From NCBI GenBank assembly GCA_964016885.1, contig OZ024743.1, forward strand, positions 135,842,001 through 135,906,000: a stretch of 64,000 nt of DNA, given 5' to 3'. The position numbers and the translations under genes are program-made. Below, piece after piece: positions 39,301 through 51,300 of the stretch. A model generated the notes under the pieces. The model worked only from the letters and a program-made list of their open reading frames with translations. It made no database searches and was not told the DNA's origin. Numbering within the stretch: the first letter of the stretch is position 1; the number at the start of each line of letters is the position of its first letter. The stretch is from Eledone cirrhosa (Eukaryota).

Positions 39301-42300
39301 CTTGGTGTTTGGTGTTTGGTGCTAGGTGCTTGGTGTTTGGTGCTTGGTGCTTGGTGCTTGGTGTTTGGTGTTTGGTGTTAGGTGCTTCATGCTTGGTGTT
39401 TGGTGCTTGGTGCTGAGTGGTTGGTGTTTAGTGCTTGGTGTTTGGTGCTGGGTGCTTGGTGTTTGGTGCTTGGTGCTTGGTCTTTGATGCTTGGTGTTTG
39501 GTGTTTGGTGCTTGGTGCTTGGTGCTTGGTGTTTGGTGTTTGGTGCTTGGTGTTTGGTGCTTGGTGCTTAGTGTTTGGTGCTTGGTGCTTAGTGTTTGGT
39601 GCTAGGTGCTTGGTGTTTGGTGCTTGGTGCTTGGTGTTTGGTGCCTGGTGCTTGGTGTTTGGTGTTTGGTGTTTGGTGTTTGGTGTTTGCTGTTTGGTGT
39701 TTGTTGTTTGGTGTTTGTTGTTTGGTGTTTGCTGTTTGGTGTTTGGTGTTTGCTTTTTGGTGTTTGGTGTTTGCTGTATGTTGTTTGCTGTTTGGTGTTT
39801 GGTGTTTGGTGTTTGGTGCTTGGTGCTTGCTGCTGGCTGCTTGGTGCTTGGTGTTTGGTGCCTGGTGCTTGGTGCTTGGTGCTTGGTGTTTGGTGTTTGG
39901 TGCTTGGTGCTTGGAGTTTGGTGTTTGGTGCTTGGTGCTTGGTATTTAGTGTTTCGTGTTTGGTTTTTGGTGCTTGGTGCTTGGTGCTTGGTCCTTGGTG
40001 TTTGGTGCTGGGTGCTTGGTGTTTGGTGCTTGGTGCTTGGTCTTTGGTGCTTTGTGTTTGGTGCTTGGTGCTTGGTGTTTGGTGCTTGGTGCTTGGTGTT
40101 TGGTGCTTGGTGCTTGGTGTTTGGTTTTTGGTGCTTGGTGTTTGGTGTTTGGTGTTTGGTGCTTGCTGCTGGCTGCTTGGTGTTTGATGCATGGTGATTT
40201 GTGCTTGGTGTTTGGTGCTTGGTGTTTGGTGTTTGATGCTTGGTGCTTGGTGTTTGGTGTTTGATGCTTGGTGCTTGGTGCTTGGTGCTTGGTGCTTGGT
40301 GTTTGGTGCTTGGTGTTTGGTGTTTGGTGCTTGGTGATTGGTGTTTCTACTTGGTGCTTGGTGCTTGGTTCTTGGTATTTGGTGCTTGGTGCTTGGTGTT
40401 TGGTGTTATATGCTTGGTGTTTGATGCTTGGTGCTTGGTGCTTGGTGTTTGGTGTTTGGTGTTTGATGCTTGGTCCTTGGTGTTTGGTGCTTGGTGCTTG
40501 GTGTTTGTACTTGGTGCTTGGTGCTTGGTGCTTGGTGTTTGGTGCTTGGTATTTGGTGCTTGGTGCTTGGTGCTTGGTCCTTGGTGCTTGGTGTTTGGTG
40601 GTTGGTGTTTGGTGGTTGGTGTTAGGTGTTTGGTGCTTGGTGCTTGGTGTTTGGTGTTTGGTGCTTGGTGTTTGGTGTTTGGTGCTTGGTGTTTGGTGCT
40701 TGGTACTTGGTGCTTGGTGCTTGGTGTTAGGTGTTTGGTGCTTGGTGTTTGGTGCTTGGTGTTTGGTGCTTGGTGCTTGGTGCTTGGTGTTTGGTGGTTG
40801 GTGTTTGGTGCTTGGTGTTTGGTGCTTGGTGTTACGTGTTTGGTGCTTGGTGCTTGGTGTTTGGTGTTTAGTGCTTGGTGTTTGGTGTTTGGTGCTTGGT
40901 GTTTGGTGCTTTTTGCTTGGTGCTTGCTGCTTGGTGTTTGGTGCTGGGTGCTTGGTGCTTGGTGTTTGGTGTTATATGCATGGTGTTTGATGCTTGGTGC
41001 TTGGTGCTTGGTGTTTGGTGTTTGGTGCTTGGTGTTTGATGCTTGGTGCTTGGTGCTTGGTGTTTGGTGTTTGGTGCTGGGTGCTTGGTGCTTGGTGCTT
41101 GGTGTTTGGTGCTTGGTGTTTGGTGCTTGGTGTTTGGTGCTTGGTGCTTGGTGCTTGGTGCTTGGTGTTTGGTGTTTGGTGCTTGGTGTTTGGTGCTTGG
41201 TACTTGGTGCTTGGTGCTTGGTGTTAGGTGTTTGGTGCTTGGTGCTTGGTGTCTGGTTTTTGGTGCTTGGTGCTTGGTGTTTGGTGCTTGCTGCTGGCTG
41301 CTTGGTGTTTGGTGCTTGGTGATTGGTGCTTGGTGTTTGGTGTTTGGTGCTAGGTGTTTGGTGTTTGGTGCTTGGTGCTTGGTGCTTGGTGTTTGGTGCT
41401 TGGTGCTTGGTGTTTGGTGCTTGGTGTTTGGTGCTTGGTGTTTGGTGCTTGGTGCTTGGTGCTTGGTGTTTGGTGCTTGGTGTTTGGTGCTTGGTGTTAG
41501 GTGTTTGGTGCTTGGTGCTTGGTGTTTGGTGTTTGGTGCTTGGTGTTTGGTGTTTGGTGTTATATGCTTGGTGTTTGATGCTTGGTGCTTGGTGCTTGGT
41601 GTTTGGTGCTTGGTGTTTGATGCTTGGTGCTTGGTGCTTGGTGTTTGGTGCTTGGTGCTTGGTGTTTGTACTTGGTGCTTGGTGCTTGGTTCTTGGTGTT
41701 TGGTTCTTGGTGTTTGGTGTTTGGTGCTTGGTGTTTGGTGTTTGGTGTTATATGCTTGGTGTTTGATGCTTGGTGCTTGGTGCTTGGTGTTTGGTGCTTG
41801 GTGTTTGATGCTTGGTGCTTGGTGCTTGGTGTTTGGTGCTTGGTGCTTGGTGTTTGTACTTGGTGCTTGGTGCTTGGTTCTTGGTGTTTGGTGCTTGGTG
41901 CTTGGTGTTTGGTGCTTGGTGCTTGGTGTTTGGTGCTTGGTGTTTGGTGCTTGGTGTTTGGTGCTTGGTGCTTGGTGCTTAGTGCTTGGTGTTTGGTGCT
42001 TGGTGTTAGGTGTTTGGTGCTTGGTGCTTGGTGCTTGGTGTTTGGTGTTTGGTGCTTGGTGTTTGGTGCTTGGTGTTTGGTGTTAGGTGTTTGGTGCTTG
42101 GTGTTTGGTGTTTGGTTCTTGGTGTTTGGTGCTTGGTGTTTGGTGCTTGGTGTTTGGTGCTTGGTACTTGGTGCTTGGTGCTTCGTGTTAGGTGTTTGGT
42201 GCTTGGTGCTTGGTGTTTGGTTTTTGGTTCTTGGTGCTTGGTGTTTGGTGTTTGGTGCTTGCTGCTGGCTGCTTGGTGTTTGATGCTTGGTGATTGGTGC

Positions 42301-45300
42301 TTGGTGTTTTGTGCTTGGTGTTTGGTGTTTGGTGCTAGGTGCTTGGTGTTTGGTGCTTGGTGCTTGGTGCTTGGTGTTTGGTGTTTGGTTTTAGGTGCTT
42401 GGTGCTTGGTGTTTGGTGCTTGGTGCTGGGTGGTTGGTGTTTAGTGCTTGGTGTTTGGTGCTGGGTGCTTGGTGTTTGGTGCTTGGTGCTTGGTCTTTGG
42501 TGCTTGGTGTTTGGTGTTTGGTGCTTGGTGCTTGGTGCTTGGTGTTTGGTGCTTGGTGCTTGGTGTTTGGTGCTTGGTGCTTGGTGTTTGGTGCTTGGTG
42601 CTTAGTGTTTGGTGTTTGGTGTTTGCTGTTTGCTGTTTGGTGTTTGTTGTTTGGTGTTTGTTGTTTGGTGTTTGCTGTTTGGTGTTTGGTGTTTGCTTTT
42701 TGGTGTTTGGTGTTTGCTGTATGTTGTTTGGTGTTTGGTGTTTGGTGTTTGGTGTTTGGTGCTTGTTGCTTGGTGTTTGCTGCTTGGTGCTTGGTGTTTG
42801 GTGCCTGGTGCTTGGTGCTTGGTGCTTGGTGTTTGGTGTTTGGTGCTTGGTGCTTGGAGTTTGGTGTTTGGTGCTTGGTGCTTGGTGTTTCGTGTTTCGT
42901 GTTTGGTTTTTGGTGCCTGGTGCTTGGTGCTTGGTCCTTGGTGTTTGGTGCTGGGTGCATTGTGTTTGGTGCTTGGTGCTTGGTGCTTGGTGTTTGGTGT
43001 TTGCTGCTTGGTGTTTGATGCTTGGTGCTTGGTGGTTGGTGTTTTGTGTTTGGTGCTTGGTGCTTGGTGTTTGGTGCTTGGTGCTTGGTGCTTGGTGTTT
43101 GTACTTGGTGCTTGGTGATTGGTGTTTGGTTCTTGGTTCTTGGTGTTTGGTGTTTGGCGTTTGGTGTTTGGTGCTTGGTGCTTGGTGTTTGGTGCTTGGT
43201 GCTTGGTGTTTGGTGCCTGGTGCTTGGTGCTTGGTGCTTGGTGTTTGGTGTTTGGTGCTTGGTGCTTGGTGCTTGGAGTTTGGTGTTTGGTGCTTGGTGC
43301 TTTGTATTTTGTGTTTGGTGTTTGGTTTTTGGTGCTTGGTGCTTGGTCCTTGGTGTTTGGTGCTGGGTGCTTTGTGTTTTGTGCTTGGTGCTTGGTGTTT
43401 GGTGTTTGCTGCTTGGTGTTTGATGCTTGGTGCTTGGTGCTTGGTGTTTTGTTTTTGGTGCTTGGTTCTTGGTGTTTGGTGCTTGGTGCTTGGTACTTGG
43501 TGTTTGTACTTGGTGCTTGGTGCTTGGTGTTTGGTTCTTGGTTCTTGGTGTTTGGTACTTGGTGCTTGGTGCTTGATGTTTGGTGTTTGGTGCTTGGTGT
43601 TTGGTGCTTGGTACTTGGTGCTTGGTGCTTGGTGTTAGGTGTTTGGTGCTTGGTGCTTGGTGTTTGGTTTTTGGTGCTTGGTGCTTGGTGTTTGGTGTTT
43701 GGTGCTTGCTGCTGGCTGCTTGGTGTTTGATGCTTGGTGATTGGTGCTTGGTGTTTTGTGCTTGGTGTTTGGTGTTTGGTGCTAGGTGCTTTTGTGTTTG
43801 GTGCTTGGTGCTTGGTGCTTGGTGTTTGGTGTTTGGTGTTAGGTGCTTGATGCTTGGTGTTTGGTGCTTGGTGGTGGGTGGTTGGTGTTTAGTGCTTGGT
43901 GTTTGGTGCTGGGTGCTTGGTGTTTGGTGCTTGGTGCTTGGTCTTTGGTGCTTGGTGTTTGGTGTTTGGTGCTTGGTGCTTGGTGCTTGGTGTTTGGTGC
44001 TTGGTGCTTGGTGTTTGGTGCTTGGTGCTTAGTGTTTGGTGCTTGGTGCTTAGTGTTTGGTGCTAGGTGCTTGGTGTTTGGTGCTTGGTGCTTGGTGTGT
44101 GGTGCCTGGTGCTTGGTGTTTGGTGTTTGGTGTTTGGTGCTTGGTGCTTGGTGTTTGGTGTTTGCTGTTTGCTGTTTGGTGTTTGTTGTTTGGTGTTTGT
44201 TGTTTGGTGTTTGCTGTTTGGTGTTTGGTGTTTGCTTTTTGGTGTTTGGTGTTTGCTGTATGTTGTTTGCTGTTTGGTGTTTGGTGTTTGGTGTTTGGTG
44301 CTTGGTGCTTGGTGTTTGGTGCTTGGTGCTTGGTGTTTGGTGCCTGGTGCTTGGTGCTTGGTGCTTGGTGTTTGGTGTTTGGTGCTTGGTGCTTGGAGTT
44401 TGGTGTTTGGTGCTTGGTGCTTGGTGTTTCGTGTTTCGTGTTTGGTTTTTGGTGCTTGGTGCTTGGTGCTTGGTGCTTGGTGTTTGGTGCTGGGTGCATT
44501 GTGTTTGGTGCTTGGTGCTTGGTGCTTGGTGTTTGGTGTTTGCTGCTTGGTGTTTGATGCTTGGTGCTTGGTGCTTGGTGTTTTGTGTTTGGTGCTTGGT
44601 GCTTGGTGTTTGGTGCTTGGTGCTTGGTGCTTGGTGTTTGTACTTGGTGCTTGGTGTTTGGTTCTTTGTTCTTGGTGTTTGGTGTTTGGCGTTTGGTGTT
44701 TGGTGCTTGGTGCTTGGTGTTTGGTGCTTGGTGCTTGGTGTTTGGTGCCTGGTGCTTGGTGCTTGGTGCTTGGTGTTTGGTGTTTGGTGCTTGGTGCTTG
44801 GTGCTTGGAGTTTGGTGTTTGGTGCTTGGTGCTTTGTGTTTTGTGTTTGGTGTTTGGTTTTTGGTGCTTGGTGCTTGGTCCTTGGTGTTTGGTGCTGGGT
44901 GCTTTGTGTTTGGTGCTTGGTGCTTGGTGTTTGGTGTTTGCTGCTTGGGGTTTGATGCTTGGTGCTTGGTGCTTGGTGTTTTGTGTTTGGTGCTTGGTGT
45001 TTGTACTTGGTGCTTGGTGCTTGGTGTTTGGTTCTTGGTTCTTGGTGTTTAGTACTTGGTGCTTGGTGCTTGATGTTTGGTGTTTGGTGCTTGGTGTTTG
45101 GTGCTTGGTGCTTGGTGCTTGGTGTTAGGTGTTTGGTGCTTGGTCCTTGGTGTTTGGTGCTTGGTGTTTGGTGTTTGCTGTTTGGTGTTTGGTGTTTGGT
45201 GTTTGGTGTTTGCTGCTTGGTGTCTGCTTTTTGGTGTTCAGTGTTTGGTGTATGGTGTTTGGTGTTTGCTGTTTGGTGTTTGGTCTTTGGTGCTTGGTGT

Positions 45301-48300
45301 TTGGTGCTTGGTGCTTGGTGTTTGGTGTTTGGTGTTTGGTGCTTGGTGTTTGGTGTTTGGTGCTTGGTGTTTGGTGTTTGGTGCTTGGTGTCTGGTGCTT
45401 GGTGTTTGGTTTTTGGTGCTTGGTGTTTGGTGTTTGGTGTTTGGTGTTTGGTGTTTGGTGCTTGGTGCTTGGTGTTTGGTGTTTCGTGTTTGGTGCTTGG
45501 TGTCTGGTGCATGGTGTTTGGTGTTTGGTGCTTGGTGTTTGGTGTTTGGTGTTTGGTGCTTGGTGCTTGGTGCGTGGTGTTTGGTGCTTGGTGCTGGGTG
45601 GTTGGTGTTTGGTGCTTGGTGCTGGGTGGTTGGTGTTTGGTGCTTGGTGTTTGGTGCTGGGTGCTTGGTGTTTGGTGCTGGGGGCTTGGTGTTTGGTGCT
45701 TGGTGCTTGGTCTTTGGTGCTTGGTGTTTGGTGCTTGGTGCTTGGTGTTTGGTGTTTGGTGCTTGGTGCTTGGTGTTTGGTGCTTCGTGCTTGGTGTTTG
45801 GTTTTTGGTGCTTGGTGCTTGGTGTTTGGTGTTTGGTGCTTGCTGCTGGCTGCTTGGTGTTTGATGCATGGTGATTGGTGCTTGGTGTTTGGTGCTTGGT
45901 GTTTGGTGTATGATGCTTGGTGCTTGGTGTTTGGTGATTGGTGCTTGGTGCTTGGTGCTTGGTGCTTGGTGTTTGGTGCTTGGTGCTTGGTGTTTGGTGC
46001 TTGGTGCTTGGTGTTTGATGCTTGGTGCTTGGTGCTTGGTGTTTGGTGTTAGGTGTTTGATGCTTGGTGCTTGGTGTTTGGTGCTTGGTGCTTGGTGTTT
46101 GTACTTGGTGCTTGGTGCTTGGTGCTTGGTGTTTGGTGCTTGGTGTTTGGAGCTTGGTGCTTGGTGCTTGGTCCTTGGTGCTTGGTGTTTGGTGGTTGGT
46201 GTTTGGTGGTTGGTGTTAGGTGTTTGGTGCTTGGTGCTTGGTGTTTGGTGTTTGGTGCTTGGTGTTTGGTGTTTGGTGCTTGGTGTTTGGTGCTTGGTAT
46301 TTGGTGCTTGGTGCTTGGTGTTAGGTGTTTGGTGCTTGGTGTTTGGTGCTTGGTGTTTGGTGCTTGGTGCTTGGTGCTTGGTGCTTGGTGTTTGGTGGTT
46401 GGTGTTTGGTGCTTGGTGTTTGGTGCTTGGTGTTACGTGTTTGGTGCTTGGTGCTTGGTGTTTGGTGTTTGGTGCTTGGTGTTTGGTGTTTGGTGCTTGG
46501 TGTTTGGTGCTTTTTGCTTGGTGCTTGGTGCTTGGTGTTTGGTGCTGGGTGCTTGGTGCTTGGTGTATGGTGTTTTATGCTTGGTGTTTGATGCTTGGTG
46601 CTTGGTGCTTGGTGTTGTGTGTTTGGTGCTTGGTGTTTGATGCTTGGTGCTTGGTGCTTGGTATTTGGTGCTTGGTGCTTGGTGTTTGGTGCTTGGTGCT
46701 TGGTGTTTGGTGCTTGGTGTTTGGTGCTTGGTGTTTGGTGCTTGGTGCTTGGTGCTTGGTGCTTGGTGTTTGGTGGTTGGTGCTTGGTGTTAGGTGTTTG
46801 GTGCTTGGTGCTTGGTGTTTGGTGTTTGGTGCTTGGTGTTTGGTGTTTGGTGCTTGGTGTTTGGTGCTTGGTACTTGGTGCTTGGTGTTAGGTGTTTGGT
46901 GCTTGGTGTCTGGTTTTTGGTGCTTGGTGCTTGGTGTTTGGTGCTTGCTGCTGGCTGCTTGGTGTTTGGTGCTTGGTGATTGGTGCTTGGTGTTTGGTAT
47001 TTGGTGCTAGGTGCTTGGTGTTTGGTGCTTGGTGCTTGGTGTTTGTACTTGGTGCTTGGTGCTTGGTTCTTGGTGTTTGGTGCTTGGTGCTTGGTGTTTG
47101 GTGCTTGGTGCTTGGTGTTTGGTGCTTGGTGTTTGGTGCTTGGTGCTTGGTGTTTATTGCTTGGTGCTTGGTGCTTGGTGTTTGGTGCTTGGTGTTTGGT
47201 GCTTGGCGTTAGGTGTTTGGTGCTTGGTGCTTGGTGTTTGGTGTTTGGTGGTTGGTGTTTGGTGTTTGGTGTTATATGCTTGGTGTTTGATGCTTGGTGC
47301 TTGGTGCTTGGTGTTTGGTGCTTGGTGTTTGATGCTTGGTGCTTGGTGCTTGGTGTTTGGTGCTTGGTGCTTGGTGTTTGTACTTGGTGCTTGGTGCTTG
47401 GTTCTTGGTGTTTGGTGCTTGGTGTTTGGTGTTTGGTGCTTGGTGTTTGGTGTTTGGTGTTATATGCTTGGTGTTTGATGCTTGGTGCTTGGTGCTTGGT
47501 GTTTGGTGCTTGGTGTTTGATGCTTGGTGCTTGGTGCTTGGTGTTTGGTGCTTGGTGCTTGGTGTTTGTACTTGGTGCTTGGTGCTTGGTTCTTGGTGTT
47601 TGGTGCTTGGTGCTTTGTGTTTGGTGCTTGGTGCTTGGTGTTTGGTGCTTGGTGTTTGGTGCTTGGTGTTTGGTGCTTGGTGCTTGGTGCTTAGTGCTTG
47701 GTGTTTGGTGCTTGGTGTTAGGTGTTTGGTGCTTGGTGCTTGGTGTTTGGTGTTTGGTGCTTGGTGTTTGGTGCTTGGTGTTTGGTGTTAGGTGTCTGGT
47801 GCTTGGTGTTTGATGTTTGGTGCTTGGTGTTTGGTGCTTGGTGTTTGGTGCTTGGTGTTTGGTGCTTGGTACTTGGTGCTTGGTGCTTCGTGTTAGGTGT
47901 TTGGTGCTTGGTGCTTGGTGTTTGGTTTTTGGTGCTTGGTGCTTCGTGTTTGGTGTTTGGTGCTTGCTGCTGGCTGCTTGGTCTTTGATGCTTGGTGATT
48001 GGTGCTTTGTGTTTTGTGCTTGGTGTTTGGTGTTTGGTGCTAGGTGCTTGGTGTTTGGTGCTTGGTGCTTGGTGCTTGATGTTTGGTGTTTGGTGTTAGG
48101 TGCTTGGTGCTTGGTGTTTGGTGCTTGGTGCTGGGTGGTTGGTGTTTAGTGCTTGGTGTTTGGTGCTGGGTGCTTGGTGTTTGGTGCTTGGTGCTTGGTC
48201 TTTGGTGCTTGGTGTTTGGTGTTTGGTGCTTGGTGCTTGGTGCTTGGTGTTTGGTGCTTGGTGCTTGGTGTTTGGTGCTTGGTGCTTAGTGTTTGGTGCT

Positions 48301-51300
48301 TGGTGCTTAGTGTTTGGTGTTTGGTGCTTGGTGCTTGGTGTTTGGTGCTTACTGTTTGGTGCTTGGTGCTTGGTGTTTGGTGTTTGCTGTTTGCTGTTTG
48401 GTGTTTGTTGTTTGGTGTTTGTTGTTTGGTGTTTGCTGTTTGGTGTTTGGTGTTTGCTTTTTGGTGTTTGGTGTTTGCTGTATGTTGTTTGCTGTTTGGT
48501 GTTTGGTGTTTGGTGTTTGGTGTTTGGTGCTTGTTGCTTGGTGTTTGGTGCTTGGTGCTTGGTGTTTGGTGCATGGTGCTTGGTGTTTGGTGTTTGGTGC
48601 TTGGTGCTTGGAGTTTGGTGTTTGGTGCTTGGTGTTTCGTGTTTCGTGTTTGGTTTTTGGTGCTTGGTGCTTGGTGCTTGGTCCTTGGTGTTTGGTGCTG
48701 GGTGCATTGTGTTTGGTGCTTGGTGCTTGGTGCTTGGTGTTTGGTGTTTGCTGCTTGGTGTTTGATGCTTGGTGCTTAGTGCTTGGTGTTTTGTGTTTGG
48801 TGCTTGGTGCTTGGTGTTTGGTGCTTGGTGCTTGGTGCTTGGTGTTTGTACTTGGTGCTTGGTGATTGGTGTTTGGTTCTTGGTTCTTGGTGTTTGGTGT
48901 TTGGCGTTTGGTGTTTGGTGCTTGGTGCTTGGTGTTTGGTGCTTGGTGCTTGGTGTTTGGTGCCTGGTGCTTGGTGCTTGGTGCTTGGTGTTTGGTGTTT
49001 GGTGCTTGGTGCTTGGTGCTTGGAGTTTGGTGTTTGGTGCTTGGTGCTTTGTGTTTTGTGTTTGGTGTTTGGTTTTTGGTGCTTGGTGCTTGGTCCTTGG
49101 TGTTTGGTGCTGGGTGCTTTGTGTTTGGTGCTTGGTGCTTGGTGTTTGGTGTTTGCTGCTTGGTCTTTGATGCTTGGTGCTTGGTGCTTGGTGTTTTGTG
49201 TTTGGTGCTTGGTTCTTGGTGTTTGGTGCTTGGTGCTTGGTACTTGGTGTTTGTAATTGGTGCTTGGTGCTTGGTGTTTGGTTCTTGGTGTTTGGTACTT
49301 GGTGCTTGGTGCTTGATGTTTGGTGTTTGGTGCTTGGTGTCTGGTGCTTGGTGTTTGGTTTTTGGTGCTTGGTGTTTGGTGTTTGGTGCTTGGTGTTTGG
49401 TGTTTGGTGTTTGGTTCTTGGTGCTTGGTGTTTGGTGTTTGGTGTTTGGTGCTTGGTGTCTGGTGCTTGGTGTTTGGTGTTTGGTGCTTGGTGTTTGGTG
49501 TTTGGTGTTTGGTGCTTGGTGCTTGGTGCTTGCTGTTTGGTGTTTGGTGCTTGGTGCTTGGTGTTTGGTGCTTGGTGCTGGGTGCTTGGTGTTTGGTGCT
49601 GGGTGCTTGGTGTTTGGTGCTTGGTGTCTGGTCTTTGGTGCTTGGTGTTTGGTGCTTGGTGCTTGGTGCTTGGTGTTTGGTGCTTGGTGCTTGGTGTTTG
49701 GTGCTTGGGGCTTGGTGTTTGGTTTTTGGTGCTTGGTGCTTGGTGTTTGGTGTTTGGTGCTTGCTGCTGGCTGCTTGGTGTTTGATGCATGGTAATTGGT
49801 GCTTGGTGTTTGGTGCTTGGTGTCTGGTGTTTGGTGTTTGATGCTTGGTGCTTCGTGCTTGGTGTTTGGTGCTTGGTGTTTGGTGCTTGGTGTTTGGTGC
49901 TTGGTGTTTGGTGCTTGGTGCTTGGTGCTTGGTGCTTGGTGTTTGGTGGTTGGTGCTTGGTGCTTGGTGTTAGGTGTTTGGTGCTTAGTGCGTGGTGTTT
50001 GGTGTTTGGTGCTTGGTGTTTGGTGTTTGGTGCTTGGTGTTTGGTGCTTGGTACTTGGTGCTTGGTACTTGGTGTTAGGTGTTTGGTGCTTGGTGCTTGA
50101 TGTCTGGTTTTTGGTGCTTGGTGCTTGGTGTTTGGTGTTTGGTGCTTGCTGCTGGCTGCTTGGTGTTTGGTGCTTGGTGATTGGTGCTTGGTGTTTGGTG
50201 CTTGGTGTTTGGTGTTTGGTGCTTGGTGATTGGTGTTTGTACTTGGTGCTTGGTGCTTGGTTCTTGGTGTTTGGTGCTTGGTGCTTGGTGTTTGGTGTTA
50301 TATGCTTGGTGTTTGATGCTTGGTGCTTGGTGCTTGGTGTTTGGTGTTTGGTGTTTGATGCTTGGTGCTTGGTGTTTGGTGCTTGGTGCTTGGTGTTTGT
50401 ACTTGGTGCTTGGTGCTTGGTGCTTGGTGTTTGGTGCTTGGTGTTTGGTGCTTGGTGCTTGGTGATTGGTCCTTGGTGCTTGGTGTTTGTTGGTTGGTGT
50501 TTGGTGGTTGGTGTTTGGTGCTTGGTGTTAGGTGTTTGGTGCTTGGTGTTTGGTGTTTGGTGCTTGGTGTTTGGTGTTTGGTGCTTGGTGTTTGGTGCTT
50601 GGTACTTGGTGCTTGGTGCTTGGTGTTAGGTGTTTGGTGCTTGGTGTTTGGTGCTTGGTGTTTGGTGCTTGGTGCTTGGTGCTTGGTGCTTTGTGTTTGG
50701 TGGTTGGTGTTTGGTGCTTGGTGTTTGGTGCTTGGTGTTAGGTGTTTGGTGCTTGGTGCTTGGTGTTTGGTGTTTGGTGCTTGGTGCTTCGTGTTTGGTG
50801 CTTGGTGCTTGGTGTTTGGTGCTTGGTGTTTGGTGCTTGGTATTTGGTGCTTGGTGCTTGGTGCTTGGTGCTTGGTGTTTGGTGGTTGGTGCTTGGTGTT
50901 TGGTGTTTGGTGCTTGGTGTTTGGTGTTTGGTGCTTGGTGTTTGGTGCTTGGTACTTGGTGCTTGGTGCTTGGTGTTAGGTGTTTGGTGCTTGGTGCTTG
51001 GTGTCTGGTTTTTGGTGCTTGGTGCTTGGTGTTTGGTGCTTGCTGCTGGCTGCTTGGTGTTTGGTGCTTGGTGATTGGTGCTTGGTGTTTGGTGCTTAGT
51101 GTTTGGTGTTTGGTGCTAGGTGCTTGGTGTTTGGTGCTTGGTGCTTGGTGTTTGTACTTGGTGCTTGGTGCTTGGTTCTTGGTGTTTGGTGCTTGGTGCT
51201 TGGTGTTTGGTGCTTGGTGCTTGGTGTTTGGTGCTTGGTGTTTGGTGCTTGGTGTTTAGTGCTTGGTGCTTGGTGCTTGGTGTTTGGTGCTTGGTGTTTG

